From the NCBI GenBank assembly GCA_000388065.2, contig KB932213.1: a DNA stretch of 55,131 bases, one strand, 5' to 3'. Positions 11,939-24,463 of this stretch are shown piece by piece. The notes under the pieces were generated by a model that ran no database searches, was not told where the DNA came from, and was given only the letters and a program-made list of their open reading frames with translations. Positions within the stretch are counted from its first letter, which is position 1, and every line of letters begins with the position of its first letter. The DNA is from Fonticula alba ATCC 38817. Lineage: Eukaryota; Protista; Nucleariida. The position numbers were made by a program, and so were the translations under genes.

Positions 11939-14900
11939 TCAATGCCGCATGCTATGGAAGGCCGAAAAGTGCATGGCGCCCTGGCGGCCGGGTGTCGAGG
12001 CGCCACTGGGGGAGTCGGCCGAGCCGTGTGGTTGGCTAGCCCAGAGAGAGCGCGAGGGGGGCAAGGCCGCCAAGCTATCGCCGCCTCCAAGGTGTGGGGA
12101 GGCCCCCAGACTGAGGCGCGGCCCGGCAGCCGGGGAGAGGGGCTGGCCGGCCGGAGCTGCGCGTGGCGAGAACTGCCCCGAGTACTGGTAATGGTGCTGC
12201 TGCTGCTGCTGCTGCGGCGGCGGCGGCTGGTGGTGGGACGGGTGGTGATAGGCGTAGGGATACCTGCCGCCGGGGGTTGGGGGGTAGCCCGGAGCCCGGG
12301 GGACAAGGGCGCCGCCATGGTCTGCCCCCCCGGACGGAAGCATCGCCCCGTCAACCGGGCCCGAGGGGTGGCCATAGTGGCTGGCATGCTGGCGTGGGGC
12401 GTCATTGCGGGCAGTGGTGCTCGGCAGCAGGGTGTGCTTGAGGGCCTTGCCGACGGAGGCCAGTGAGCCGATCAAGTTGGAAAAGGCCCCAGCCAGTGTG
12501 GCCTCGCCGGGGGGCACCGCCATGTTGGCGGAGGGGGAGGATGCCGGGGGGCTGCCCCAGTGGGCCGGTCCCTCGGCCGCTCCGGCCGCGGACCCGGCCG
12601 GGCCGGCATCGCGAATGGAGAAGCTACTGAAGGCACGGCCGACGTCGGTCGGCAGGCCGCCAAGCTCGCGCGAGATGGACGCCGCGGAGGGAAGCCGCGA
12701 GGGGGGCACCGCGATGACCGTGCCATCACGGTGGCGGAGTTCGGCCGCGGGCGGCTCCGAAAAGAGGAGCTGCTCCATCGGCCGGAGAGGCTGCCGGCTG
12801 CGAAGGTCAAAGCTACGCTCGGGAACCGACACCCGCGGCAGGAAGGGGTTCGGCCGAGAGGACGGGCATGGCGAGGGGGCGGCGAGGCCGGCATCGCCGG
12901 TCGTGGCGTCGGCGCCAGGGGTGTCCGCATGTGAAGAGCCTGCCCCGGCGGGGGGCGAAGGGGGGGCGCTGGGGGTGGCGGAGCCGCTGCTGGCGGCCGG
13001 CGAGTCGGCGGCGGCGGCGGCGGCGGCGGCCAGGGCGGCGGTATCGACGCTCAGGCCGAGGGCCGGGTTGATGACCGGCCGAGGACCGGCCGAAGCCACG
13101 GTCGAGACGGGGGTCGCCGCGCCGGAGAAGGACAGCGGCGTCAGTCGATCGGCCAGGCTGAAGGGATCCTCACTTTCGTCGAAGGGCATGGCCTCCGGCC
13201 GGGAGGGGCGCGAGGCCGACGAGGAGGGGCCCGGCTCGGGCCCGGTCGCCGGGAGGAGAATGTCCAAGCCCAGGGCGTCCAGTTGGCTGGCCGTGCGAGG
13301 GTTCATGGCCGGGATGTATGGCATGGCCGGACGGCAGGAGAGCTGGAAGCCCGGGTGGCGTGCGCATGTGAATATGCCGAGCGGCGAGCGAGCGAGCGAG
13401 CGAGCGAGAGGCGACAAGTGGTCGCCTGGCAGCGGGCGCACCATCAGCATGAGAATGACCTGCATGGCGGCGAGGCCCACCATCGGGGCCGAGGCCGGGG
13501 GCAGCTGCGTCACAGACAGCAGCCCGGAGAAGAGGGCCACATGCAGCAGCCAGACCAAGTTAACCAGGAGTGTGGTCGAGAGCGAGGGCGGCTGGCGGCG
13601 ACAGAGGATGCACCTGGTGTGAGAGGGTGGAAGAAGTAGGAAGGTACATGGGATGGGAGGGGGTACGTACTCCGGGGATGCTGAAGGAGCGCGCGTGCCG
13701 TCGGACCAGGATCTGCTCATGCAGGGCCAAGCCCACCTGGACCAGGGAGGCCAGAGCAGCCAGGATGGCATGCGGGGCCACTCGGTCCACGGGTCGCAGG
13801 GAGGCGCAGAACACCGGCCCCCCGGATGGGCTTGCCACCGCCACCAGGGCACTGGCACTGTCGCAGCCCAGCTGCACAAGCGACAGGATGCTTTGGGAGA
13901 AGTAAAGTAGGGACCGGACGAAGTTGACTCGGCGGCCGTGGTGCAGCAGGGCCGCGTACGATTCCTGCGCACGGGGGAGGACGTGTGCATGTTGGAGACG
14001 GGGCGCGCCGGGGGGCGATGGCATGGTCAGGGCGGGCGCCTTCATGGGCATGGATGAGGGCATGTGCGGGGGGGGGGGCGGGACGAAGGGCAAGGGGACA
14101 GGCCACGCACGAACTCCTTGACGAAGGGATTGCTGCCGGGGCCGGACTGTGAAGAGGGGAAGTCGCCTGGGCCCCCGGTGCCAGCCCCGCCCCGGGCAGG
14201 GGCCAGGAGCACGGGCCCCGGGCGGTTGGCCGTGGCTGAGATCTTCAAGCGCCGGTCCTGCTGGCGGAGGAAATTCTGCGTGGCCCACTCGCACACCTTG
14301 CACAGAGCGTAGCGCTGTTCGAGGGCCGCCCGCCGGCGGTCTAGCTCCACCTGCTGCCCGGCCGGGATGGTCCCATCATCCAGGAGCCCGGAGTGTCCGC
14401 CAGAGGGGCCGTGCACCGGCCGGCCAAGCAGACGTCCCAGCCAGGAGGCCGCGCGACCCGGCGACTCGGGCCGCCGGTCGACCGGGGCATCCTCCTCGGG
14501 AAGCATTTGAGCCAGGGCACCAACCAGAAGCTCCTGGTTGCGCTGACAGGCATCGCATAGAGCCGGCGGCCGGGGGAGCCCGGCCAGCGCGACGCCGGAG
14601 CCTGGCCCGGTGGCCGTTCGGGCTGGCTGCTCGGTGTCGCCCTCGGCCCGGGGGCCGGCACGCCGGGCGAAGGTCAGCCGTGAGGTATCAAAGTGGGCGC
14701 CTTCGCGCGTCATCATGGGCACATCATAGTCGCCGGTCTGGGTGCCGGTGCGGTGTCAGAGGGGGAGGGGGGATGGGGGAGGAGGGAAGGCGTGAGTCAA
14801 AAGCACAGGGCAAGGCGGGTCAGATCCCGAGTGGTGGATGCCACGCACGCTGGTGAAGCCGTTGTAGGACCCGCACGCCTGGCAGGTGAAGGAGTCGGGG

Positions 14901-16001
14901 TCGGCACCCTCGGCCGTGGCCGAGCAGAACCAGCACTCCCTGGATACATGCAGATGGGGTCAGGGGAGGGGGGGGGGGGCGCAAGTGGCGGGGGATGATG
15001 CAGGTGACGCACGCGACCGTGACATCGGCGAGGGGCTTGGCCGGGGCCAACGCCCGACGAATCCGATCCAGGAGACTGGCCGTGGGTGCGCCGGTGGCGC
15101 CGTCGCCCACCGGTCGCAGCGGCACCTGCCGGAGGAGCACGATCACCCCCAGCGCGAAGAGGATCACCAGGACCGCGAGGCCGGTGGAGGCCGGTGCCGG
15201 GCGCAGGGGCAGCCCATCGATCGGAGCCGTCACCAAGGTGGCCGGCTGGACGGCGGCCCGATCGAAGGGCTTCAGGATGCTGGCAAAGATCTGGGACATG
15301 CGGCGATCCAGGGCCCCGGCATGGCCCGGGCCGGCCTGCCGTCCGGGAGCCTGGGCGTCGGGGCGGGGGAAGCCCTCTGCCGGCGTCGCCACCACCACCA
15401 CCGCCCCCGCGGCCGCCGGCGTCGCAGGCGACACGGGCGTAGGGGGCGATGGCTGCGGGGCCGGTGAGGATGGGGGCCGCTGGGGCGTGGCGCCCGGGCG
15501 GTCGCCGGACCCGGCAGTGGGTCCCCTCGGCTGGGGCTCCGGCGGTGGGACCGGCGCCGGCCGGAGGAGGACATGCCTGGTCCCGTCGCCCACCTCAACC
15601 AGGATTTCGTGCATGAAGACACCCCCCTGGCGAATGGGACGCGGATGCCCGGTGGCCGAAGCCGGCGGGGCTGCGAGGTCCCCCTGGTCCGGCTCATCTT
15701 CGCCATCATCTTCATCATCCCCAGAGACATCCCCCGGGGGGGTGGCCAGCGTGGATTCCTCCATGGGCTCCTCCTCCTCGTCGTCGTAGCCATCATAGCT
15801 CTCGAAGGGGTGGTCCTTGTGGTCGTCGTGGTCGTGGTCGTGGTCGTGGTCGTCGTCGGAGCTGAGGTCCTCGTCGGATAGGAAATCCAGGAACCGGTCG
15901 CCCGGATCTTCGGTCACTGCTTCCGGCGGCGGCGGTGGCGGGGGGCGATTGCTTGCGACGGGGGCCCCGGCCCCGACACGGTGCCCACCGGAAGAGCTCA
16001 T
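11939..16001 (-). CDS. Ima1/TMEM201 (Samp1/NET5)-like inner nuclear membrane protein, about 1217 aa; 5 exons
   Basis: Exons 16001-15013, 14939-14849, 14737-14111, 13964-13671, 13591-11939. Splicing gives ECWFCSAT..FTCQACGSYNGFTSTGDYDVP..LCDACQRNQ..YALCKVCE, four CxxC pairs typical of the Ima1 N-terminal domain. Several hydrophobic segments follow, then a long Ser/Pro/Ala tail. The start could lie further upstream (gap at 16024). Confidence 0.82.
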
Positions 16002-18850
16002 TGTCGAGAGTGCAAGGGGGGGGNNNNNNNNNNNNNNNNNNNNNNNNNNNNNNNNNNNNNNNNNNNNNNNNNNNNNNNNNNNNNNNNNNNNNNNNNNNNN
16101 NNNNNNNNNNNNNNNNNNNNNNNNNNNNNNNNNNNNNNNNNNNNNNNNNNNNNNNNNNNNNNNNNNNNNNNNNNNNNNNNNNNNNNNNNNNNNNNNNNNN
16201 NNNNNNNNNNNNNNNNNNNNNNNNNNNNNNNNNNNNNNNNNNNNNNNNNNNNNNNNNNNNNNNNNNNNNNNNNNNNNNNNNNNNNNNNNNNNNNNNNNNN
16301 NNNNNNNNNNNNNNNNNNNNNGGGATGGCGGGGAGGGGATGACTGCCTCGACGAACGGAGGCCGACAGGGGCCCGGCCCCGGTGTCTCTTGGGCCGGGGG
16401 GGGGGGGCCTCCCGAGTCGGGCCCAGCGGGAGAGGGTCAAGGATGTACAAGTCTCGCCTGTCCCCGGGGGGCGAGGGAGGGATCTCCCCCGGGCGGTCGA
16501 TTGCTGGCGTGCTGGGAAGGCAAGATCTGCCGCCCGGCGGACGTGCTTGTGGACCGAGGGTGCCCTGTTCTGCCCTCGGCCCCGTCCCGAGCCGCTGGGC
16601 AGGTGTGCCGAGCCCGTTTGCTCGCGTCTGCTCCCGAGGCCGCCCTTGTCCGCACACGGTATCAGGGCGCCCCGCATCTTGGGCAGCGTTCTCCCTGGCG
16701 GCGGTGGCGGCGGTCGGATGGAGGGGGGGGGGGGGGGAATGGTGCGTGTCGGGACCAATCGGCGCGCAGGTGCCAATGCCGGCCAGCGTGTGCACGCGAG
16801 GGGTGTGATATCGACGGCCTGCACGTGCACGGGCGCTAACTCGGGAACACCATTGCAATATGGACATTCCCTTCTTCTTAATCTGAAGGGTGGCTCTGGA
16901 TCCGCCGGGCTTGTGGCGCCAACCCCTTGCAAGGTCGAAGGCATACCCCAGGCCGAGTCGAGGGCTTTCGCCCGGCGGCCGGGCTCCCCCGCCCGCCCCC
17001 GGGGGCAACGTGGGTCTGACAATCGTCGCGGCGCGTGTCCTCTTGAGAAAGAGTGATCGCTGGCGAGAGTCGGCCGGCCCTGATAAGGGGGGTGGCACCC
17101 GCCGCCAGGTGTGCGCATGCATGTGTTTGGATGTTGGGCAGAGGGGACCAAGGGGGGGGGGGGGGGGGCAGAGCGACCCTGTGCACCGGGCGCCAGCCCC
17201 ATCTCCGTCTGTGGGAGTATATTGCGAGCAACGCCCGGGGCGAAGGAGCCTGGGGGGAGGGGGGCCTCAACACAATAACATTAGAATGTTTGGGCAGCTG
17301 CGGGGCTAGACAGGCGGCCGGGTTCAGCGGGCACCAGCCGCCGGCCACTGTGCGTGCATTCTCCCCTGCTCCGGCAGAAAACCGGGTTCGTCCGGCGCCT
17401 TGCAGCCCTGGCCCAGCCCTCGTCCCCCATCCGGGGCGGGGGGGGACCTGGCCCGAGACTGTCCTTTTAGCCGGGTGGGGGGAGACTTCAGCGCGGGGGA
17501 GGCCGCAAGCCGGGCGTCTCGGAACGCACAGATGCGCGCCGATCGCTGGGCGGGACAGTTGTCAGGTCCGGGCATTGTGGCGCGGCGGGGGATTTTAATT
17601 TTAAAAATCCCGCCCGGTCGCCGGGAGCCGGGGGAGGCCCTTCCCGCGCCGCGCGAGATAGGGCTGCACTGATGATGCAGGCGTCCAGGCTTGGGGGCTC
17701 GGCGTCCCTTCCCCGGGGGAGGGGGGGGGGGACCACAGACGCGCGCGCCCCAGGGCACGGGTGTCCCCCCCGCGCCAGGAGGGCGGGGGGCACCCAGAAA
17801 GAGCCAAGTGCCTATCTTGCTCGAGCCGTGGCGCGTTGTGGCCGCCTTTTCCGGGGAGGGGGCGTGGCCGGCAGCGGCCCGCCGGCCCTGTGGCTGGGCA
17901 ATTCACCAAGGGGTGTGCCGGGTCCGAGGCCCTCCTGTTGCGGGGGGGGGGAGGCGGGGGGAGAGTATGCATGATTGAATAACACCCGGCCGGCGGACGG
18001 GCGGGCGGATGAGCCGCGCACGACCGCGCCGCCGATTGCCACCGAATCCGCGGGAATCCTCGCCGCCGCCGCCGCCGCACGCCCGCGCTCGTGGGCGGGC
18101 GTCTGACCAGCCATGAACGGGTGATGCTCACGCCCGCGGGGCGCGGCCCGTATGATGGTGGTGCCGCACCGGCCACATAACACACACGGTCTCAGGAGGG
18201 GGGGGGGGGGGGGGGGCCGCCCTCTCGCCGTCCGNNNNNNNNNNNNNNNNNNNNNNNNNNNNNNNNNNNNNNNNNNNNNNNNNNNNNNNNNNNNNNNNNN
18301 NNNNNNNNNNNNNNNNNNNNNNNNNNNNNNNNNNNNNNNNNNNNNNNNNNNNNNNNNNNNNNNNNNNNNNNNNNNNNNNNNNNNNNNNNNNNNNNNNNNN
18401 NNNNNNNNNNNNNNNNNNNNNNNNNNNNNNNNNNNNNNNNNNNNNNNNNNNNNNNNNNNNNNNNNNNNNNNNNNNNNNNNNNNNNNNNNNNNNNNNNNNN
18501 NNNNNNNNNNNNNNNNNNNNNNNNNNNNNNNNNNNNNNNNNNNNNNNNNNNNNNNNNNNNNNNNNNNNNNNNNNNNNNNNNNNNNNNNNNNNNNNNNNNN
18601 NNNNNNNNNNNNNNNNNNNNNNNNNNNNNNNNNNNNNNNNNNNNNNNNNNNNNNNNNNNNNNNNNNNNNNNNGATCCGCGCTGTTACGGCGGAGCGCCCC
18701 AGGCGCCGGGGCAACCCCCTGGAGAATCGGCTTTCATCCTCTGAACGGCCACCTCTACCCCCCCCCCCCCCCCCCCTTCCCTCTTTTGCAGTGTCCCTCC
18801 CTCGCCGCCCCGCCGCGCGTCAGCCACTCGCTTGAAGGAACTCGCCCGCC

Positions 18851-20976
18851 ATGGACGATCGCGACTCGCTCCTGGCTCCCGGCAGCCAGAGCCGTGCGTC
18901 TGCCTCCGCCCCTCGACACACACACCCTGTCGGGCCGGTGGCCACGATCTCGATGGGGCTTCTTTTTCTTTTTTTCTTTTTTTTGCGCGCACGCACAGAC
19001 GCCCGCCGCCCCATGGCCACTCACCTGCTTCCCTCTCGCCCCCCTTGCCGCCTCCTCCTCCGGTTTCCCCCTCCACCGACGCCAAGCAGACTACGACACC
19101 ACTTCCGGCAGCATCCAGGATGTTGAGAACCAGGACGCCGCCTCGACCAAGAAGAAGTCCGCCTTCTTTGTCGGCCTGGTGCTGGCTCTCCTGCTGGCCG
19201 TCGGTGCCGGTGTGACCCTCATCCTGCTGCTGAGCAACAACCCGAGCAGCCTGTCCTACAAGGTCCAGGCCGATGGCGTCATGCGCCGTCTGTCCGGCCT
19301 GCTGGACACCGCCAAGATCGGCGGCCTCAACTCCCGCTCGGTCCTCAACAACTACGGCGAGTCGCTGAAGTTCGTGCGCGAGGTCCTGGCCAACAACACC
19401 GAGTGGTGCGTCCCTCGACATGCTTCTCCCGGCTCCCGCTCCCCCCCCCCCCCTCCCCGCCCGTGAGGCACACCCTGCGCCAGCAGCCCGGAGGGGCGGC
19501 AAGGCGCGGGGGCACACACCACGCGGATGGCTGGCCAGACGCCGCCGGCACCGGCGCAGGCCCATCGTCGTCGGCCACCGCCACCCACCGGCAATGGACT
19601 TATGCTAACGCTTCCCGCCCGCCCCTCTCCCGCCCCCCCCCCCGGTCCGCCGACCCATCCACAGCACTCTCTACACCCAGAAGCTCGTGGTGCCGATCCA
19701 CGATGTCGTGGAGCCCGGCCGCCTGGGCCTCGTGCAGCCGCACGTCGTCAACTACCAGGCCAATGTCGACTTCCTGAACATGCGCTACGGTGGCAATGGC
19801 ACCATCACCATCGACAATGCCGAGGTCTTTGTGGCCGACAACTATGGTTGCGCCGGTGCCGATTACATTGGCATGCCCACCTCGAATGCGGTCATTGTGG
19901 CCCGCTATGGCGGCTCCTGCGAGCCCATTGACAAGGCCCTGCTGGTGCAGCACATCGCTTCCCTGGACAACGGCGGCATCTACGACCCGACGGTGGCCCT
20001 GCTGCTGGACAACATCGAGACCAGCACCACGCTGAAGAATGCCCGCGTGCGCTTCACCGCCTGGAAGGAGGGCGACGAGCTGATCCAGCTCCCGGTCTTC
20101 TCCATCTCCCACTCCATGGGCGCCGGCCTGCGCAACATGGTGGCCGATGCCGCGGCCGATGCCGACCGCCCGGCCCCCCGGATGAATGTCTACTCCAACA
20201 CCAAGCTCACCGTGGCCGACACGGAGAACCTCTTCTGCGACTCGCCGGACGCCACCAACAGCACCAATGTCGTGGTCCTCGGCGCGCATCTGGACTCGGT
20301 CCCCGAGGGCCCGGGCATGAATGACAATGGGTCCGGCTCGGCCGCCCTGCTGGAGGTGGCCGTCCAGTACTTCCGCAACCGCACCCACAAGCGCGCCGTC
20401 AACCCGGTCCGCTTTGCCTGGTGGGCCGCCGAGGAGATCGGTCTCCTGGGTGCTCGCCACTATGTGCGCACCATGCAGGAGTCCGGCGACATCGCCAAGA
20501 TCGCCGCCTACATGAACTTTGATATGCTCGGCTCTCCGAACGGCGTGCCCTACATTCACAATGGCACCGACGTCAACGCCAACATCCCGCTCGATGTGCA
20601 GAACGCCAGCACCCGCGTGCAGCAGCAGCTGGAGTCCTTCTTCGTGGACATTGCCAAGGCCCCCTACAGCTTCACCCACATGCAGGGCGGGTCGGACTAC
20701 CTGCCCTTCATCGAGGCCGGCGTCCCGTCCAGCGGTATGGCCACCGGCGCCAGCGGCCTGAAGACCGAGGCCGAGCGCACCATCTTCGGCGGTGATGCCA
20801 ATGCCCCGCATGATGCCTGCTACCACCTGCCATGCGACACCCTGGAGAACATCAATGTCCCGCTGCTGGAGCAGTGTGCCCGTGCCGCCGCCCATGCGGG
20901 TGAGCTCCTCGCTGTGCACCCCTGCCTGCGCCACTTCCTGCAGACCGGCGAGGGCACCTGCCCCCCGGCTCTGTAA
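18851..20976 (+). CDS. M28 family zinc aminopeptidase (aminopeptidase Y/SGAP-like) with PA domain and N-terminal type II transmembrane anchor; 3 exons
   Basis: Exons 18851-18893, 19090-19405, 19665-20976. TM segment KKKSAFFVGLVLALLLAVGAGVTLILLL. All five Zn ligands in motifs GAHLDSV, MNDNGSG, WAAEEIGLLG, MNFDMLGS, DACYH. Confidence 0.92.
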
Positions 20977-22391
20977 GTGTGTGTCCCGGCAGAGCATGCA
21001 TCTATGCAGAGGGGCGGGGAGCCGGGGCGAGGGGGCGGGGGGGGGGGGGGGGGTGTGGGGGGGGCGGGGTGGGGGGGTGGGGGGTGGGGGGCGGGGTGGG
21101 TGGGGGCGGGCGGGGGGGGAGCGGGGCGGGGGCACGGGGGGGGGGGGGGGGGGGGGGGGCCGCCCTCTCGCCGTCCGTGTCGATCCCACCGCGTCCATTG
21201 TCAGCAGGCCGGCGGAACGGGGGCCGGTAGAGGTCGGAATTCCCAGAGGGGGCGCAGGAACGATCCCCCGGCGCCCCTTCCCCAGTAGCGGGGGCGGCCT
21301 CCCTGTGCCGGCTCGGGCGACCTGGGCAAGCTGCAGGTCGGCGAGCGGACGCGGGTGTGACCGGCTGGCGGCCGATGCCCGGCGGTCAGCCCAGCACACC
21401 GCCGCCGGCATCCCCGGAGGGGGGGTGTCGCGATGCCCCAAACCGCCGTCCGGTGCACCAATCCCGGGGCAGACGCCGGCCCGCCACGGGGGGCGGGGGG
21501 GGGATCATCCCCCTCTCCCCAGGTGCGCGCGAATGCGTCCCGGGGACGACCAGCCCGGGCCCGGGGGCAGGCCGGCGGTGTCCGGCCGGAGCGCGAACGA
21601 GACCAGCCGCAAGAGGAGCAGAGACAGACCACCCCTCCCCCGGCCGGGGCGGCGGGCCGAAGAACGCATGCGCCGGGTGTGCCCGCATCTCGGTGGGCAT
21701 CCGCCCCCGGACGGCGCGCGGACCCNNNNNNNNNNCCCCCCCCCTTCCTTTCAAAAAGGCGTCGCGCGCGCAATATACAGCTTCCCGAGGAGAGAAAAGA
21801 GTGGCGTGACTATTTCTGTTTTTGGTGCCCGCGAGCCGAGTGCATCCATGTTTCGGGGCGCGGGGAAAACCAGCCGGGCGCGAGGACGTGGCAAAGGCAC
21901 CGGGATTCGGAAGCATGTACACACACACACGAGGAGCTGATGTAGTGTTTGGTGGTGTATATATTTGTATAGTAGAAGGAGGAGGGAAGGGCGGAGGAGG
22001 GACAACAAACAAGGGGGGCAGCAGCAAGAAGGTGGGAGAGGGCGGGGCAGCGCCGCAGGCCCGCGGGAGAAGGAGCAAGACCGGTGCATGCACATGAACA
22101 CGCGGACGCGCATGCCGCCCTGGGGCGAGTCCCTTTCCAGCGTGCGCGCCCCCTCTCTCCGTGTGCCGATGTAAGAAGGCCGCGTTTGGTCCCCCCCCCC
22201 TCCGCCCGATCGGCCGCGGCGCTCCAGGGCGGGGTATGTGAGAGGTGAAGCGCGCGCTATGCGTGCCCACGACTGCCCTGAAGGGGACGTGTGCACGCCC
22301 CGCCCCCCGTGGTGGCCGGGAAAGACAGAGGAAGAAAGGGAGAGTGTGTGTAGATACATGCGGAGGGGTGGGGGCAGCGCACGGGCATGCG

Positions 22392-22424
<33 letters not shown>

Positions 22425-22472
22425 GAGGAAGTCGGGCCGGAGAGGAACGCGCACGGACAGGCCAGGACGCGC

Positions 22473-23527
22473 TTAGTTCTCAACGAGCTGGCGGAAGCGA
22501 TCCTTCATGTTGGCGAAGAGGTCGTCGTTGTGCTTGCGGACGGCAGCCTCACCCTCGGTGGGGTTCTGTGGGGGAGAGAGAGAGAGAGAGAGAAGGGGTC
22601 AGGGCAAGATCATGCGGAGGAGGAGGAGATGGATGAGGAAAGAAGTGCGGGTGGGGGGGGGGGGGGTGATGGGCGGCAGAAGGGCCGGCAGGGCGCAGGG
22701 CACAGAGGGCGCACCTTGAACTTCATGGAGCTGAGCTGGTGGAGGATGTCGCCGAGCTCCTCGCGGATGACCTGCCAGGTGACGCGGCGGTCGGACTGGG
22801 CGGTGGACTCGATGGCGTTGATGGCCAGGTCGTAGAAGGTGGCAATGTTGCGGACCATGCCGACGGTCTTGTAGAAGGGGCAGTTGTAGTCGTAGTCGGA
22901 GTAGCCGTTCTGAGCGAGGAAGTCATCCTTGATGATCTTGGCCACCTCGAGGGTGAGCTTGTCGGACTCGGCGAGACCGCTCATGCCGACCAGCTGGACA
23001 ATCTCGCTGAGGCTCTCCTCCTTCTGGAGGATGCGGCGGATCTTGGTGCGCAGGGCGACGAACTCCGAGTCGAAGGTGTCGTAGTAGGGCTCGAGGGCCT
23101 TCTCGTACTTGGAGTAGGAGTTGGACCAGTTGACCGAGGGGAAGTGCTTGCGCTGGGCCAGCTTCTTGTCCAGGCTCCAGAAGGTCTGGACAATACCGAG
23201 GGTGGCCGAGACAACCGGGCAGGACAGATCACCACCCGGGGGGGAGACGGCACCGACGATGGACACGGAGCCAAGACGGTCGGGGGAGCCCAGGCAGCGG
23301 GCCTTACCGGCGCGCTCGTAGAAAGAGGCCAGACGGGCACCCAGGTAGGCGGGGTAGCCGGAATCTGTGTTTGTGTGTTTGGGGAGGGGGGAGAGGGGGA
23401 GGGGAGAGAGCGCGCGGGCCAGGAGAAGGGTGAGTGGATGGAAGGGGGGGGGGAGAGAGGGGGGGGGGGCGAAAGAGTAAGAGAGCCCCGGCTGAGAAGC
23501 ATGGGCGGCCCCCTGAGTAGGAGAGGC

Positions 23528-23558
<31 letters not shown>

Positions 23559-24463
23559 GCCCCCGCAGGGAACTCGGCAAAAAGAACGGAAAAATTCAGA
23601 AAGACCCCCGCCCACCGAGATCGGAAGAGGACAAATCGGAAACACGTTCTTACCCATGTCACGGAAGTACTCGGCCAGGGTGATACCGGTGTAGATGGAG
23701 GCCTCACGAGCGGCGACCGGCATGTTGGAGGTGTTGGCCACCAGGCAGGTACGCTGGAGAATGGGCTCATCACGGCCATTGTGCTCGATGGTCAGCTCGG
23801 GGAAGTCCTTGAGGACCTCGGCCATCTCGTTGCCGCGCTCGCCGCAGCCGACGTAGACAATGCAGTCGGAGTTGGAGTACTTGGAGAGGGACTGAGAAAT
23901 GACGGTCTTGCCGCAGCCGAAGGCGCCGGGAATGGCGCAGGTACCACCGAGGACCATGGGGAAGAGGGAGTCCAGGACACGCTGGCCGGTGAACAGGGGG
24001 TGATCGGCGTTGAGCTTCTCGGCCACCGGGCGGGGCTGGCGCACGGGCCAGTTGTGCATCATGGTGTAGTTGTGCTTCTTGCCGTTGAACTCCAGAGTGA
24101 GGACGGTGTCACGCAGGGAGTAGCTGCCGGCCGGGGCGATGTAGGTGATGGTACCGCGGCCACGGGGGGGGACCAGGATCAGCACATCGACCAGGGAGTT
24201 CTCGTAGACCTTGCCGAAGACGTCACCACCGGCGAGGTGGTCGCCGACGCGCAGCTTCTCCGAGGGGACGAACTCCCAGGGCTTGTCCTTGTCCAGGGCA
24301 TCGGTGTCGATACCGCGGGGGATGTAGATGGACATGGTGCTCTTCTGGATGGCCTCCAGCGGGCGCTGGATACCGTCGAAGATACCACTCATGATGCCGG
24401 GGCCGAGCTCGACGGAGAGGGGCTTGCCGGTACGAAGGACGGGGTCACCGACGCACAGGCCGG
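22473..24463 (-). CDS. ATP6V1A: V-type H+-ATPase catalytic subunit A (5' partial; N-terminus in gap 24499-25155)
   Basis: Exons <24463-about 23563, 23364-22715, 22565-22473. [26 protein letters not shown]-loop [68 protein letters not shown]. Segment 23642-23563 is garbled (see findings). Confidence 0.96.

Noticed and set aside
16790-16990. Minus-strand peptide with CxxC (RRRECPYCNG)
   Set aside because: A single CxxC, a donor not of the local GTNCG type and no partner exon; insufficient support for a zinc-finger gene.
23840-23870. VMA1 intein insertion site
   Set aside because: The sequence reads [11 protein letters not shown] uninterrupted; no intein is present.
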